Source: Octopus vulgaris (lineage: Eukaryota). Taken from it: a DNA stretch of 64,000 nucleotides. Below, one piece after another: positions 41,521-54,879 of the stretch; the stretch's first letter is position 1; every line of letters starts with the position of its first letter. Location of the stretch: contig OX597819.1 of NCBI GenBank assembly GCA_951406725.2, positions 72,974,001 to 73,038,000 on the forward strand, read 5' to 3'. Below the pieces are notes generated by a model. That model did no database searches. It worked only from the letters and a program-made list of their open reading frames with translations, and was not told where the DNA came from. A program made the position numbers and the translations under genes.

Positions 41521-42082
41521 TACAAAGAGTGAGAGAGAATATGACGTATTACTTTACAACTAAACAAATCTGGTCTGAATGCATTTTATCTTGCCACCAT
41601 CTCTAGAAAGTTGTCTCCAACAAGACTAGAAACCTCTGTGTTCTATTCATTTTGGCCACCACCATTTTTATCTGAGGCACAGGCATGACTGTTTGGTTGG
41701 GAAGTTTAGCTTCTTGTGCTACTGCGCACCACATTAGGAAAGTATCTTCTACTATGGCCCCAGACTGACCAAAGCTTTGTAAGTGGATTTTGTTGATTGA
41801 AACTGAAAGAGGCCTATTGTTTGTGTGTGTCTCTCTTGACATTGCATGGTAGTTGTAAATGAGTGTCACTGTCATACAAGCAGTGTCCTTCATTTTCAGT
41901 CTTCCTGGAAAATATGTCTGGCCATGGGGAAATATTATCTTACTTGGAAACAAGTGAGGGTTGGCAACAGGAAGGGCATGCAGCTGTAGAAAATTGGCCT
42001 CAATAACATCTGACCTGATGCTAGCATGGAAAAGTGGACATTAAAACAACAATGATAATGATGTGTTAATATCTATTTCCAG

Positions 42083-42203
42083 ATGATATCATTCGACGCA
42101 GGCTTTTAATTGATGGAGATGGTGGAAATGATGATAAACGAATCAACAGTTTGCTACGTATGTTGGTACGATGGTGCAACATGCCTGAAAATGATGAAGA
42201 GAG
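42083..42203 (+). CDS. THOC7: THO complex subunit 7, internal coding exon (probably exon 2, 121 nt, phase 1 to 2)
   Basis: Acceptor tatttccag, donor gtacgt. Translates (D)DIIRRRLLIDGDGGNDDKRINSLLRMLVRWCNMPENDEE(S), matching the conserved THOC7 N-terminus (D-D/E-x-IRKRLLIDGDGxGDDRRIN). Confidence 0.95.
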
Positions 42204-43429
42204 GTACGTATCTTAATTCACCTTTTAAGCTGACAGCGTTATTTTATGGTGCATCACCACCACCACCACCACCATCTATTGATAACCAGAAGTTGAAATT
42301 AAATCATTTATTTTCCTAATCTCAACTTCATCCTTATCTACTGTTTCTCTGTTGATATTTGGGATCATATCCCAAAACTTGGAACTAATATTCATTAATC
42401 AGGATGATGCTAAGGGCGATAGTATTGGTAACCACTCAGCAAACCTCGCCTCTGTAACTAATTTGATCAGCCTCCATAGTTCTTGCCTTTGTTTTATTGA
42501 CTCCACAGTGGACGGATGGGATCTTTCTGATTTTCGTCACTGTTTACAATTGTTTTTAAAAAAAATTTTTAACCCTTTCATTACAAACCTGGCTGAAACC
42601 ACTTCTGCCTCTGAGTACAAATGTCTTGTTTTCATAAGTTTGGAATCAAAATCTTCCACCAAACTTTAATCACAATTTATGTTCCTAACATTAGCTTAAA
42701 GATAACTAAACTATCTTACTAAATTCTTTGTTATATTTAAAATTAATTGAATGATGCCCCCTCCTCCTCCCTGATGATGGAAGAGGCAGTGAACATGTTT
42801 TCTGATTGGCTGAAAATTCTAAAAATCATCAATTTGCTACAATCTCTTTAACCCTTTCGTTACCATATTTCTGTTGAGATGCTCTGTGTTCCTTTCAATT
42901 AATTTCAGATATAATAAAGAATTTAGTAAAATAACTTAGTTATCATGAAGCTAGTGTTAGGAACATAAATTGTGACTAAGGTTTGGTGGAAGATTTTAAT
43001 TCAGAACTTAGGAAAACAAGACATTTATACTACAGAGCCAGAGGCAGTTTCAGGTGGGTTGGTATAAAAATGGTTAAACAAAATCAAAAGGTTTAGTGGG
43101 TGGGGGGTGAAATTTTAAAAAAATTCTTTTTTTTCCATATTCATAATCTCTGACATCTAAAATGTAGGAATCTGAAAAAAATTTTTCCAAAAAAATGCAT
43201 TTTTCAAGGAGTGGTGCGAAACTGCATTAGCCTGAAAAAAAAGTGTAGCTTTGGGTAGGATAGGCTACAAGAACACGTATGATAAAGTACTGCAGTATTG
43301 GTCTTTGGAGTGACTGAGGTTCATGAGAAGAGTTTTTTGGGAAGTAAAACCAAAGTGCAGAAGTGAATCCTTAGGAAACATGAAAATCTGTAAGAGAATG
43401 TTTCCAGGAAACTCGCTCTTTTTATTACT

Positions 43430-44470
43430 TATCCCAATTGCACTAAGACCACAGTGAAAATAAATCATCTGCTACATATGGATGACCTCAAACTATACAT
43501 CAAATATGAAAAAGACCTGGTTTCTTTCGTTCAAACAGTAAGAATATTTAGCAAGGATATTGGTTTGCAGTTTGGATTTGGATGAATAAGTGTGCAATAT
43601 TAATTATGAAATCAGTTGGAATAAAGATATAACATGATATTAGATCACTAAAGGAGAATATGTCATACTTAGTGAGTAAGGACTTATCTACAGCTAGAAA
43701 TACTAAAGGAGTCACTAAAATAGTAAGGGATTTCAAGAACAGGAAAACAAATTACAGGACAAATAGCAAGAAAAATAAAGAATTGTGTGGCCCATTCATG
43801 TAACAAACTGAGAATGGTGGTTGTGGCAAGAAGATGACAATCTGAAACAAGGAACTGGATTATTATTCCATTTAGAAACAAACCACAACAAATTTGCTAA
43901 TGATACAGATCGATTAAACACAGTCAGACAACAAATATAAAATGTGTGGAAGAAAGGACAAACATATTAACCATCTGTTAAGTAAATGCAGTAAGCTAAC
44001 ACAAAAAGAGTATTATCACAAGCATGACTGTCATTAACAGCGCATTGGTATGTTGGCCAAGTCTGTAGATTTGGGGTGGTGGAAAAGTTCTATAGAAACA
44101 GGCTGGATTCTGTCAAGGTGAATAATAATGATTACAGGATCTTTGCATAGAAACTGAAAGAACAAGCATTTTAAAATGGTTGCCTTTGTATTCTCATATA
44201 TAGTTGAGTAAATATCAAGGAATGTTGGGAAATATCAGTACCTTGTCAGAGGCTGGAGAGACGAAGAGATTATAGAACACAAGGTGTAAAATGTTCTTGT
44301 GGTAATTGGTACCATTGTCACAACAATGAGACTACTATCGAAGGAGCTGAAGGATGTTGGAATTGAGACACATGTTGACAACCAACAGTAAAGTGCAATC
44401 CTGTATTCTGCAAGAATTCTAAGAATGATGTTTGAGATCTGAGGAGGCATGTTGTCACCAAACCTCAAAA
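43430..44470 (+). mobile_element. Degenerate R4/Dong-type LINE remnant in a THOC7 intron
   Basis: Fragments KINHLLHMDDLKLY...FSKDIGLQFG (RT), KMCG....INHLLSKC (CCHC knuckle) and SAILYSARILR. Followed by (AAT)n. Confidence 0.7.
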
Positions 44471-44607
44471 CAACATCTCTGCTCATGAAATAAGTAATAT
44501 TGTATAGTAATAATGATAATAATTGTTCCTAATTAATAATAATAAAGACAACAGATTTCTTTTAATAATAATAATAACAATAATATGGTATGATTGTTAT
44601 TTTGTAG

Positions 44608-44735
44608 CCACCTGACATATCAACGAATGCTGGCCACACTTGCCCAATGTGAGTACAATATGGAGAAGTCCGTGTTGGTTTATGAAATGAACCTCACAGA
44701 ACAAAAAAAATATGAACATCTCAATCAAGACATTG
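44608..44735 (+). CDS. THOC7: THO complex subunit 7, internal coding exon (128 nt, phase 2 to 1)
   Basis: Acceptor attttgtag, donor gtaagt. Translates HLTYQRMLATLAQCEYNMEKSVLVYEMNLTEQKKYEHLNQDI(E), matching THOC7 YQRMLxxLxQCE. In phase with both flanking exons. Confidence 0.95.
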
Positions 44736-47700
44736 GTAAGTAGTGGTTAACCTTGTGTTCAACATTTCCTTGTTATTGCTGTTGTTGTTATTTTTCAACC
44801 CCAACTAAACAAACCTCTGGTCAAAGAAATCCCCTCTAAGGTTATCATTATCATTATTTAACATCTGCTTTCCATGCTGGCATGGGTTGGACAATTTGAC
44901 TGAGGACTCGTGAGCCAGAAGGCTGCACCAGGCTCCAATCCAATCTGGCAAAAGTTTCTACAGCTGGATGCCCTTCCTAATGCCACCCACTCCAAGAGTG
45001 TAGTGGGTACTTTTTACATGCCACCAGCACGAGTGCCAGTCAGGCAGTACTGGCATCGAACACACTTGAATGGTGCTTTTACATGCCACCAGCACGGGAG
45101 CCAGTCAGGCAGCACTAGCAACGATCATCTTGTATTTTCTGTATGTGCTAGGAAATGAGGACTGCATTAACTAATGTACCCTTTTCCAAGAGAAGGGGTG
45201 GGCTATGATTTGAGAGGTATGAAGATTGCATAAGGCCACAAACTGGTCTGGTAGGAGATAGATCACAGCTAATTGAATGTATATAAATGCCTGGTACATT
45301 TTTCTTACATTTCATTGCTTGATCAGAGACAGAGGTCCACAACCTTTTATAGAGCAGCTGAGGTTAGTGGGAGAGAGATGGTGGGGATGATATCCTCAGA
45401 CTAGATACCTAGTCTAAATCCTTCTGAAAGAGTGGACTTTACTAAAGGTACCCAGGGACCAAGATTTAGATTAAGGTCTGTCATGAGCCCTAGGACCCAT
45501 AAGACCCATAATGTTTCCATAATATATAAGTGACTGAGATTACAACACTCCCTTGAATGGGACATGAGTCGCAGGGCTAACTCCCCAGCTATTGCTGGAA
45601 CACATTTACAGCTGAGTGGAGTGGAGCAACAGGAAAGTGTTTTGCTCAAGGACACAATGCACTGCTCAGTCCAGAAACTGAAACCACAATCTCATGCTCA
45701 TGAGTACAGCACCCTAACCACTAGGCCACATACCTTTGTTAGAGGCCAAGCAGTGGTGTTAAACCAAGTAACAGATTAGGTCTATTACCCACATAAGCCA
45801 TGGCAGAATTTGAACTCAGAACACAAAGAACCAAGAATAAGTACTAAAAGATTTCTTGACCAGTGCTTTAACATTCTTGCCAGTCTGCTGTTACTTATGG
45901 ACCCTAGAAGGATAAAAAGCAAAGTCAGCCTTGATGGAATTTGAACTCAGAGGGCAAAGAGCTGGTATAATTACTGCTAAGCAATTTATCCACTGCTTCA
46001 GCAACCCTGCCAATTCACTGTCTCAGTTTAATATATGCGGGAGTCTTTATGTAGTCATGTGACCTGCTAGAAATAGCAGCTAAATCATTTACCATCAATG
46101 AAAAAAGAATACACCAAACAGTGCAGTTGTTGAAAATATGATGGAATGGTCATTGTTTGCTTCTGATCACAAAATTGTTCATTTGAGAAAACCTTGGGTT
46201 AGACCATGAGCATTTAAACCTGCCTTATCCAATCTAAATATTCTTGTTGTTTTATGTTCAAACTAACCAGATCCAGACTCTCACACCTACCCTACAATGT
46301 CATTTTAAAAATAAATAACCACCTCATTGAAATTTCAAAGCTAAGTGATATAATGCATGATTAATTCAAAGCAATGTGCCTTTATAAGTGTTATATTTGG
46401 CAGTAACCTGAATACTAAAGGGTTAAACAGAAATTGTTTTTTTAAATCCACCGAAACATCTGTTAGTTATTCCTGTTAGAATGGTGTCTTGCTTCTAAAA
46501 CAGCTTGTATTCAGTTGTTTCACTTCAGAGAGATTGTTGATGTAAATCACTTTATAATGTGGACACCATTATATTCTGTGATCTGAAAGTAAATTCACAG
46601 GAGAATTGGTAAAGATGACACACACACAAGTAAACAGAGAGAGACAAGACTCTGTTGTTGTCTCATTTAATTCATATTGGCAGAGAAAGACATTTTTAAT
46701 CTATAGATTATTAGTAACAGACATTTGAGTACCACATCATATAGTTATCCCTTAACTTGTCCAAAGCATTTTCATAAGTTTGTCCTCAACATTCCTGCTT
46801 GTTTTCAAGCTTTTAGTTACTCTGTGTTTCATACATTCTGAATAATATAAAGCTTGCCTTTCATAAGTCCCAAGTTATTCTGGTGGTTGAAAAGAAATGG
46901 GAAATGTGTATCATAAATGATGCATGGATGCCAAGAAAATGTGTCCTTTCTTTGCATCACATATGATACACAGGACCCATAAAGGGCTAATTACCACTGC
47001 TCACTTGGTACATGGCTACTTCTATCACACACACACATATCTTCATTTAACTTGCATATTCCTTGCTGGCATGAGTTGAATGGTTTGACAGGATCCAATG
47101 GGGTCAAGAACTGCAGCATTCTTCAGTGTTTGCTTTGACACGGTTTCAAAGGATGGATGCACCTTCCTAATGCCAACCACTTTACAGCATGTACTGGGTG
47201 CTCTTTATGTACCACCAGCACTAGTGGGGTCGCCATACAGCTTGCAAGACTATGGGTCCCGAAAGGAATCATTTCCTTGGGAATATACAGAAAATGAGTT
47301 GGTAGAAATTCCATGTAATGTACTCAGTGCCTGAACAAGAGATGTAGTGGCACCCCATGCAGGCTGACAGTGAAGGTAGGCTTTGTTTGTGACAGATACA
47401 CACACACACACACAGAGCCAACAGTGACAGTTCAAGGAAAATAGATTTCTTCAAATGCTCAATAGACTCCATAGTAGTTGATAGCTTTTACCAAATTGGT
47501 GACCTAATTAGCATTGTATGTGGGTGTTCCAAGAGCATGGTTACCCAAGTAAAAATGGATGATAAAGTTCAGAGCTATTACTTCTGTTAATGACAAAAGG
47601 GTTTCTCTCTCAGAGTCAAGTGCAGATTGTGTAATTCTTCTGTACAAACTGCTACATAATAGTAAGATGTGGGCCTTAAAAGCTGGAAAGCAATGCACAG

Positions 47701-47945
47701 AACTATGAAGAGTGGTAATAGGTGGTGCTGGAGAAAATTGACCACTCCATGCAAGCATAACAAAATGAACATTAAAATGGTGGTAATGAAGGATGTGTGT
47801 GCGTGTGTAAATAAATAAATAACAAACGATGGATCGGTGTCAATTCATTACAGCTGTTTCTAATGAATTTTTTAATTGATCAATGAGCAAATTAGATCAT
47901 TATAAAACACTGTTTTCTTTAGATGAATTCATGAACTTTACAATT

Positions 47946-48351
47946 AGTGGCTGTGTGGTAGGTAGCTTGCTAACCAACCACATGGTTCCGGGTTCAGTCC
48001 CACTGCATGGCATCTTGGGCAAATGTCTTCTGCTATAGCCCCGGGCCGACCAATGCCTTGTGAGTGGATTTGGTAGACGGAAACTGAAAGAAGCCTGTCG
48101 TATATATGTATATATATATATATGTGTGTGTATGTGTTTGTGTGTCTGTGTTTGTCCCCCTAGCATTGCTTGACAACCGATGCTGGTGTGTTTACGTCCC
48201 CGTCACTTAGCGGTTCGGCAAAAGAGACCGATAGAATAAGTACTGGGCTTACAAAGAATAAGTCCCGGGGTCGATTTGCTTGACTAAAGGTGGTGTTCCA
48301 GCATGGCCGCAGTCAAATGACTGAAACAAGTAAAAGAGTAAAAGAGAGTAA
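47946..48351 (+). mobile_element. tRNA-derived CORE-type SINE, best-preserved copy. Many other copies, e.g. 1570-1940(-), 7005-7482(-), 17370-17920, 18495-18865, 22908-23260, 50273-50599, 56222-56628(-)
   Basis: A box tggctgtgtgg, B box gggttcagtcc, CORE-like ggcatcttgggcaaatgtcttc, internal (TA/TG)n, (gtaaaaga)n tail. Confidence 0.85.
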
Positions 48352-48490
48352 GGATATTTTTTTTAAATTTTTAATCCACACCATGTCCACAATTGATGCT
48401 TGCCAATATATAAAATATAAGCAGCTAGGCACAATAAAGGAAAAATTTAATCATCACTAATTGTGACTGAGGGTACTAAATAGCACCGAT

Positions 48491-49350
48491 AAAGTCTGAT
48501 CAATAAGTAACCAGACTGTTGCCATAGTAACAAAGCTAAAGCACACAGAGTGAAACCACTTGGGGAAAATTGACCTTGAACTCTGCTGTGCAAGTGCACT
48601 AAGTTTTAACATTCTAGTGCATTTCTACTGTTTACAGTAATGCTTGGAAGGAAGGTGTGTAGCATGTGATCATTGCCTTAACCATAACAGAGAACGGCAA
48701 TACCTGCTCAGAGACCTATACAAAGTTGCATAAAGTGTATGGAGAGGAGTGTATGAACCGCACACAAGTGTACAAATGTTTCAGACGTTTCCAAGATGGC
48801 CAAAAACAGTCGATAGTGACAAACATTCTGGTAAACCTGCAACCAGCAGAACTGAGGAAAACATCACATGAGGGGAAATCATTGAATCACCATTCATGTG
48901 TTATCAGAAGATGTGCAGATTAGTTACAGTTCCATTCAATCCATTATCACTGAAGATTTGGGTATGAGACACTTGTCTGCCAACTTTGTGCTAAAACTGA
49001 TTTCAGCTGACCAAAAAGACACTCAGATTTCAGTTGCACAAAATCTCCTTGATTGTGTTGAGAACAATGAAAACTTTGCATAGGCCTCTGAGCAGGTATT
49101 GTCAAGCTTTTGGCAAAATTTGATGCAGATTCTCTGCTCAGCTTTCTCTGTCATGGTCAATGCAACACTCACCGGCTACACACCTTCCTTCCAAGCACTG
49201 CTGTAAACAGTGGAAATCAGCTAGAATGTTAAAACTTAGTTCACATGCACAGCAGATTTCAAGGTCAATCTGTGCCAAGTGACTTCACTCCGCATGCTTT
49301 AGCTTCGTTACTATGGAAACAGTCCGGATACTTGTTGATCAGACCATGTA
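48491..49350 (+). mobile_element. Mariner-derived fold-back element with N-terminal transposase fragment
   Basis: HTH fragment SETYTKLHKVYGEECMNRTQVYKCFRRFQDG and IITEDLGMRHLSANFVLKLIS. Long terminal inverted repeats; the right end finishes ...gatcagaccatg-TA. Confidence 0.85.
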
Positions 49351-49440
49351 TATTGCAAGAAATAAGAGTTAAAACTCTTCATACTGTCTGAAGAACACAG
49401 TACATATATACACTGACAGGGGAGATAACCACCCCATGAG

Positions 49441-49488
49441 CATGGACTAGACTAGTTTTGTCTATCAGTTATAGACTTGTCAGCAGTG
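49441..49488 (-). ncRNA. Hammerhead ribozyme relic inactivated by CpG decay
   Basis: cacug-CUGACAA-gucuau(aacug)auagac-AAAA-cuag-u-cuag-UC-caug. Both core changes are CG to CA. Confidence 0.6.
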
Positions 49489-49661
49489 CCTACACCATTG
49501 CTCAGATGGTTTTTGCTAAACTGATCTGTCAGTATATATATTTGCCATTTAGATTTATAACTGATTTAGCAAAATGCTAATGTGTATTCTACAAATTAAT
49601 ATAAGCAGCTAGGCTCAATATAAGACCATAAATATATTATATATATATATATATATATATA

Positions 49662-50175
49662 CTAGCAGTATCGCCCGGCGTTGCTCGGGTTTGTAAGGGA
49701 AATAACTATATAAGCATTTTTAGAGAGTTACTTCCTTTATAGATGCCAATTCGGACTTTCTTAGCCATTTCTGTTTTGGTGTCTTCAAGCCATGAAGTCG
49801 TTGTTCTAAAAGAACGTTGGTCTCCTTGACAACGCATTACGACGTTGATTTCCTTAAACTCCCTTCCCCACAGCTTCACGAGGGAGGGAAGAAGGGGGAG
49901 AAGCAAACACAGGTGCAGGTGTTTGAGTGTGGACGCCAACTCCGCCGCCATCGACACACGAAAAATTATGCATTAAAATGGAATAAAAAATGATGTTAAA
50001 TTATTTTTAAAATCGTAGACTCATCGTAGACGCGCGCTAATAGCCAGACAGGCTCGATATTAATCACGACTATAAGATACCCGAATTTGGTTAAACTGCA
50101 CCGCAAAATGTGGGAGGAGTTAGGAATCTAAATCGTAGGAGACAGACACTCACACAACTACAGTTTTATATATAT

Positions 50176-50178
<3 letters not shown>
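49662..50178 (-). mobile_element. Non-autonomous Helitron (same family as 15849-16232)
   Basis: Same 5' TC region and 3' hairpin-CTAG end; inserted in (TA)n. Confidence 0.8.
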
Positions 50179-50219
<41 letters not shown>

Positions 50220-50599
50220 GCAGTGCCCCAGCTAGACTGTAGTCTAATTGAAACAGGTAGGCTTTGTGGATAGGCGTAGGAGTGGCTGTGTGGTAAGTAG
50301 CTTGCTTACGAACCACATGGTTCTGGGTTCAGTCCCACTGCGTGGCACCTTGGGCAAGTGTCTTCTACTATGGCCTTGGGCCAACCAAAGCCTTGTGAGT
50401 GGATTTGGTAAAAGGAAACTGAAAGAAGCCCGTCATATATATGTGTGTGTGCGCGTATATGTTTGTGTGTCTGTTATTGTCCCCCCAACATCGCTTGACA
50501 ACCGATGCTGGTGTGTTTGCGTCCCCGTAACTTAGCGGTTCAGAAAAAGAAACCAATAGAATAAGTACTAGGCTTACAAAGAATAAGTCCTGGGGTCAA

Positions 50600-50773
50600 T
50601 TTAAGCATCTCAGCAGTGATTCCTGATGGGCCGGGGGCTTTACCTGGTTTCATACCTTTAATTGCCTTAACTACAAGGGAGCTGTCTATTCGGATAGCTG
50701 GTCCCTCTACTGGGTCAACATTTGGCAGGCTCTCCACATTCAGCAGTCTTTCATAATGGCTTCTCCAAGCCTC
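50600..50773 (-). mobile_element. Internal RTE ORF fragment
   Basis: WRSHYERLLNV...VVKAIKGMKPGKAPGPSGITAEMLK, the pre-RT region. Confidence 0.75.
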
Positions 50774-51065
50774 ATATATATAGTAATGCCCTTAATATAA
50801 ATAAATATATTTAAAGGGAATAATTAATAAATTTTTCCCCGATGAGGTTTTTCATGCTAACTACTTAGATATTTCTTATAAAGATTTTATCCTATTTTAA
50901 AATTGTAAATTTAACGGGAATGTATTCATTGCTGAATTTTATTCTGAATAAACACGTGTACTGAGATGCAATTCAAGAAGCCCGCCTTTTACATAGATAT
51001 ATACGTGTGAACAATTCTATGTACTATAGCGTGAGGCATTTATGTATAGTAATACCTTTAATGTA

Positions 51066-51101
<36 letters not shown>

Positions 51102-51889
51102 GCGTGTGTGTGGTCTCTCTTCTCTCACTTCACCACATGGCCTATATAAACCAGGGATAACAGTGGAAGTTTTCTGAATTCACCACACTCCCTACCATCC
51201 TCCTTCACTCCAGTCCTCATCCTCCTCATAACTACCTCTTCAAAAGATGACACTGGATCAGTCTGTATTTAGTCCTACTTACCATACCCTCCTTTATTGC
51301 TAGCCATCGCTTTCTCTCTGTCTCACCCTGTCTTCGTTCATCACCCTGTCTTCGTCCATCACCCTGTCTTCTTCCCATCCATCACATCACTCATTATTCG
51401 CTGTTCAGTCTCTTCACCAACAACCACTCTTTCCTCCTCCCTCACACTGTTTCTTTTTTGTCGTTTTCTTTCCATGGTTTTTCTCTCCTGCATCACTTTC
51501 CCTTCTGCCCATCCTCGCATTCATGTTACCTCCAAACAAGTGGAAACACCACAGGATCAAAAGGACTGCTTAGTCTTACCAGGGGGCAAGACAACTTCTC
51601 CAGCATCGATGTCACAATAATATGTACCAGTAAACTCTGTAAAATGGTTGGCATTATAAAGGGCATCCCACCTTAAAAACCCTGCCAAAAATGGGACAAT
51701 GTTGTTGTGCAGTGTGGTCCCTATCCAGTCTAAAAGTACAGCAGCTCCAAATAAGAGCCAGCTCACACAACAATGTCCCATCCAACCCATACCATCATAG
51801 AAAAGCAGACATAAATGGATAATGTTGCTGTTGATATCTCAGTCTGTCTTTTTGTCTTTATGTTTCTCTCTCACCAATACCTTCATGCC

Positions 51890-51945
<56 letters not shown>

Positions 51946-52536
51946 CGCACACACACAAGGTGCAGGCATAGTTGTGTAGTTAAGAAGTTCACTCTGCAAC
52001 TATGTTCAATCCCACTTGGCAACTGTCTTTTCCACTAAAGCCCTGGGTCAGCCAATGTTTTGTGAGTGAATGTGGTAAATGGAAACTGTATGGAATCCAA
52101 TCGTATGTGTATATGTCGATGCATTTGTCAACTCTGCCTTGCACAAATGCACATGCACGCACACACACACCACATGACAACCAGTGTTGGTTTGTTTACA
52201 TCCCCTCAAATTCACAGTCCAGCAAAAGAGACTGATGGAATAAGTACCAGACTTTCAACCGGAAAAAAAAGAACGTAAGTCCTGGGGTTGGTTTGTGTCA
52301 CTAAAGCCTTCGAGTTGGTGCTCCAGCATGGCCACAGTCCAATGACTGATGTAAGAGATAAAAGCTTACTTGTGTGTGTGTGTGTGTGTGTGTGTATTTG
52401 CCTGTTGTTTCTCTTTTTTTATATGTATTTTCCTCTGTCTAATCTCTCTATCATTGCATCTGTTTCTCCCTCTCTCTTTCTCTCCTCTTTTTCCCTTCCC
52501 CTCTTCTGTCTCTCTTACATATTGTGTACACACGCA

Positions 52537-52573
<37 letters not shown>

Positions 52574-53171
52574 TGTGCAGAGACTGAAGTTTCTGGTTTG
52601 ACTGGGTCTTTGTTAAAGAAAACAAGTCAACAAAATATAAAAGAAAAAAAAAAAATCTGTGGAATTGTCTTACTGCTGCTGCTCCCCCACCTCACCCCAT
52701 CAGCTCTCCGCCACCTCTTTGATAGCAGTAATTATTATTATCATTATTATTGTTGTTGTATGTAGATCATGGACATAGCTTTGACTTCACTTGTCTACTT
52801 GTAATTGTCTCTGTTTGACCTTGATTCACTCACATCATATCAGTGTTCTGAACGCAGTAGTAATAACGGCGGTGGTGGTGGCAGCAGCAACTGTGGTGGT
52901 GGTGGCGGCAATGGCAATGACTGTGGTGGTTGGTGTGCAGCAAGAATCTTTTTGTTGAAAGTGCACTAATTTTTCTATTTGCTTATCTGTCTAATATCTA
53001 ATCTTATCTATCTTTCTGTGTGTATGTACACACACACACACACACGCACACAACTTTTGCAAGGAAAAGGTTGACAGTGACTTCAAAGTTTCAGTTTGCT
53101 TATCTTCATATAACTGTGTAATCCTTTAGTTTAATAAATTGTTTTATATTAATTTGACATAAAAGCAAGCA

Positions 53172-53212
<41 letters not shown>

Positions 53213-54879
53213 GTGTGTGCTTATATAAATTCTTTTTATCTATCCACTGATATCTGGATTTGACAGATCTACAGATTTAGTTTGCATGTGTATGTGTTTT
53301 TAAGCAGAAACATAGTCTAACAGATAGTTGCATATCACCATCATCATCATCATCATTTAACGTCCATTGTCCGTGCTAGCATGGGTTGGACAGTTTGACC
53401 AGGGCTGGCAAACTGGAAGGCTGCATCTGACTGCAGTCTGATTTGGCATGGTTTTCTATGGCTGGATGTCCTTCCTAACACCAGCCACTCCAAGAGTGTA
53501 ATGGGTGCTTTTACATGCCACTGGCATAGTTGCCATTTGTGTGGCACCAGTATCTGCCATGACTGCAATTTTGCTTGGCATGATGGGTCTTCTACTCAAG
53601 CATGGCATAATGCCAAGGATCTCGGTCATTGCTTCCATGAGGCCCAACACTCGAAAGGAACTCAGCCACGAGTGTGTGTATTACTTGCTGCAATCATTAG
53701 ACTGTGGCCATGTTGGGGCACTGACTTGAAGAATTTTATAGTCAAACGAATTGACCCAAGTACTTTTTTTTTTAATGGTATTTATTCTATCCTTCTCTCT
53801 GTCTGAACCACTAACTTATGGAAACACAAACACACCAACACTGGTTGTCGAGCAGTGGTGGGAGACAAACACAGATGCAAAGACACACACACACATATAC
53901 AACAGGCTCCGTTCAGGTTTTGTCTACCAAATCCATTCACAAGGCTTTGGTTGACCCAAGGATTTAGTAGAAGAGACTTGCTCAAGGTGCCATGCAGAAT
54001 GAATGAACCAGTTTCTTAGCACATGGAAGAAGTAGACCCAGGAAGAGATAGGATGATGTGGTGAAGCATGATCTTCAGATGTTGAATCTGACAGAGATGA
54101 TGACAAGTGATTGAGACCTTTACTGATTTGCTATGCTTGAGAAGACATCAAACCATGTGAAACCATAGCCAGTGCCAGTGACACATAAAAGGCACCCACT
54201 ACACTCTTGGAGTGGTTGGCATTAGGAAGGGCATCCAGCTGTAGAAACCAAGCCAAAATCAGACTGGAACCTGGTACAACTCTCTGACTTACCAGTTCCA
54301 GTCAAATCATCTAACCCATGCCAGCATGGAAAGCAGATGTTAAATGATGATGATGAAGAAGAAAACTGGGGTATACACCTGGTAGTATGTTGATTAAAGC
54401 ACTTTCACTGTCTACAACTATCTGATGTCATCAATAGTATGGATATAAATGCCATGGGATTTACTTCAGGAATTCCTCAGTATATAAAAAGTGAGAGAAA
54501 GAGAAAATACAATTCACGAGATTCTTCATTTATCTCTTGAAAAGTCATCTGACAAGACATCTGCACCAAATGATGCACCGTAACCAGTTGTACAGTATCT
54601 CACCTACAAGGGACCAAATGCAAGATGGGTCGTAAATCAATCATTGTGCTTAATAAAGAATTTTGTGAATTCCATTTTCTCTTTTTCTTACTTGTTATAC
54701 ATACATACATATGTGTGTGTGTGTGTATTTTTCCCTTGTTGACAATTAACACAGAAAAAATAGATAAATAGTTACCCGGGTAGCAAAAAATCACACAAGT
54801 AAAAAGGTTGTAAGTCCTTGCTTTTAAAGTTAGAAACTTCGGGTTTACATGAAATATTTTGTATAATATATATAAATAA

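Noticed and set aside
42110-42319. ORF MMEMVEMM... over the THOC7 exon
   Set aside because: Wrong frame; the THOC7 frame with splice sites explains the region.
50776-51075. AT-rich insert with direct-repeat ends, cgatga and an acacgtgt palindrome as a possible hammerhead
   Set aside because: The core and stems could not be assembled convincingly.
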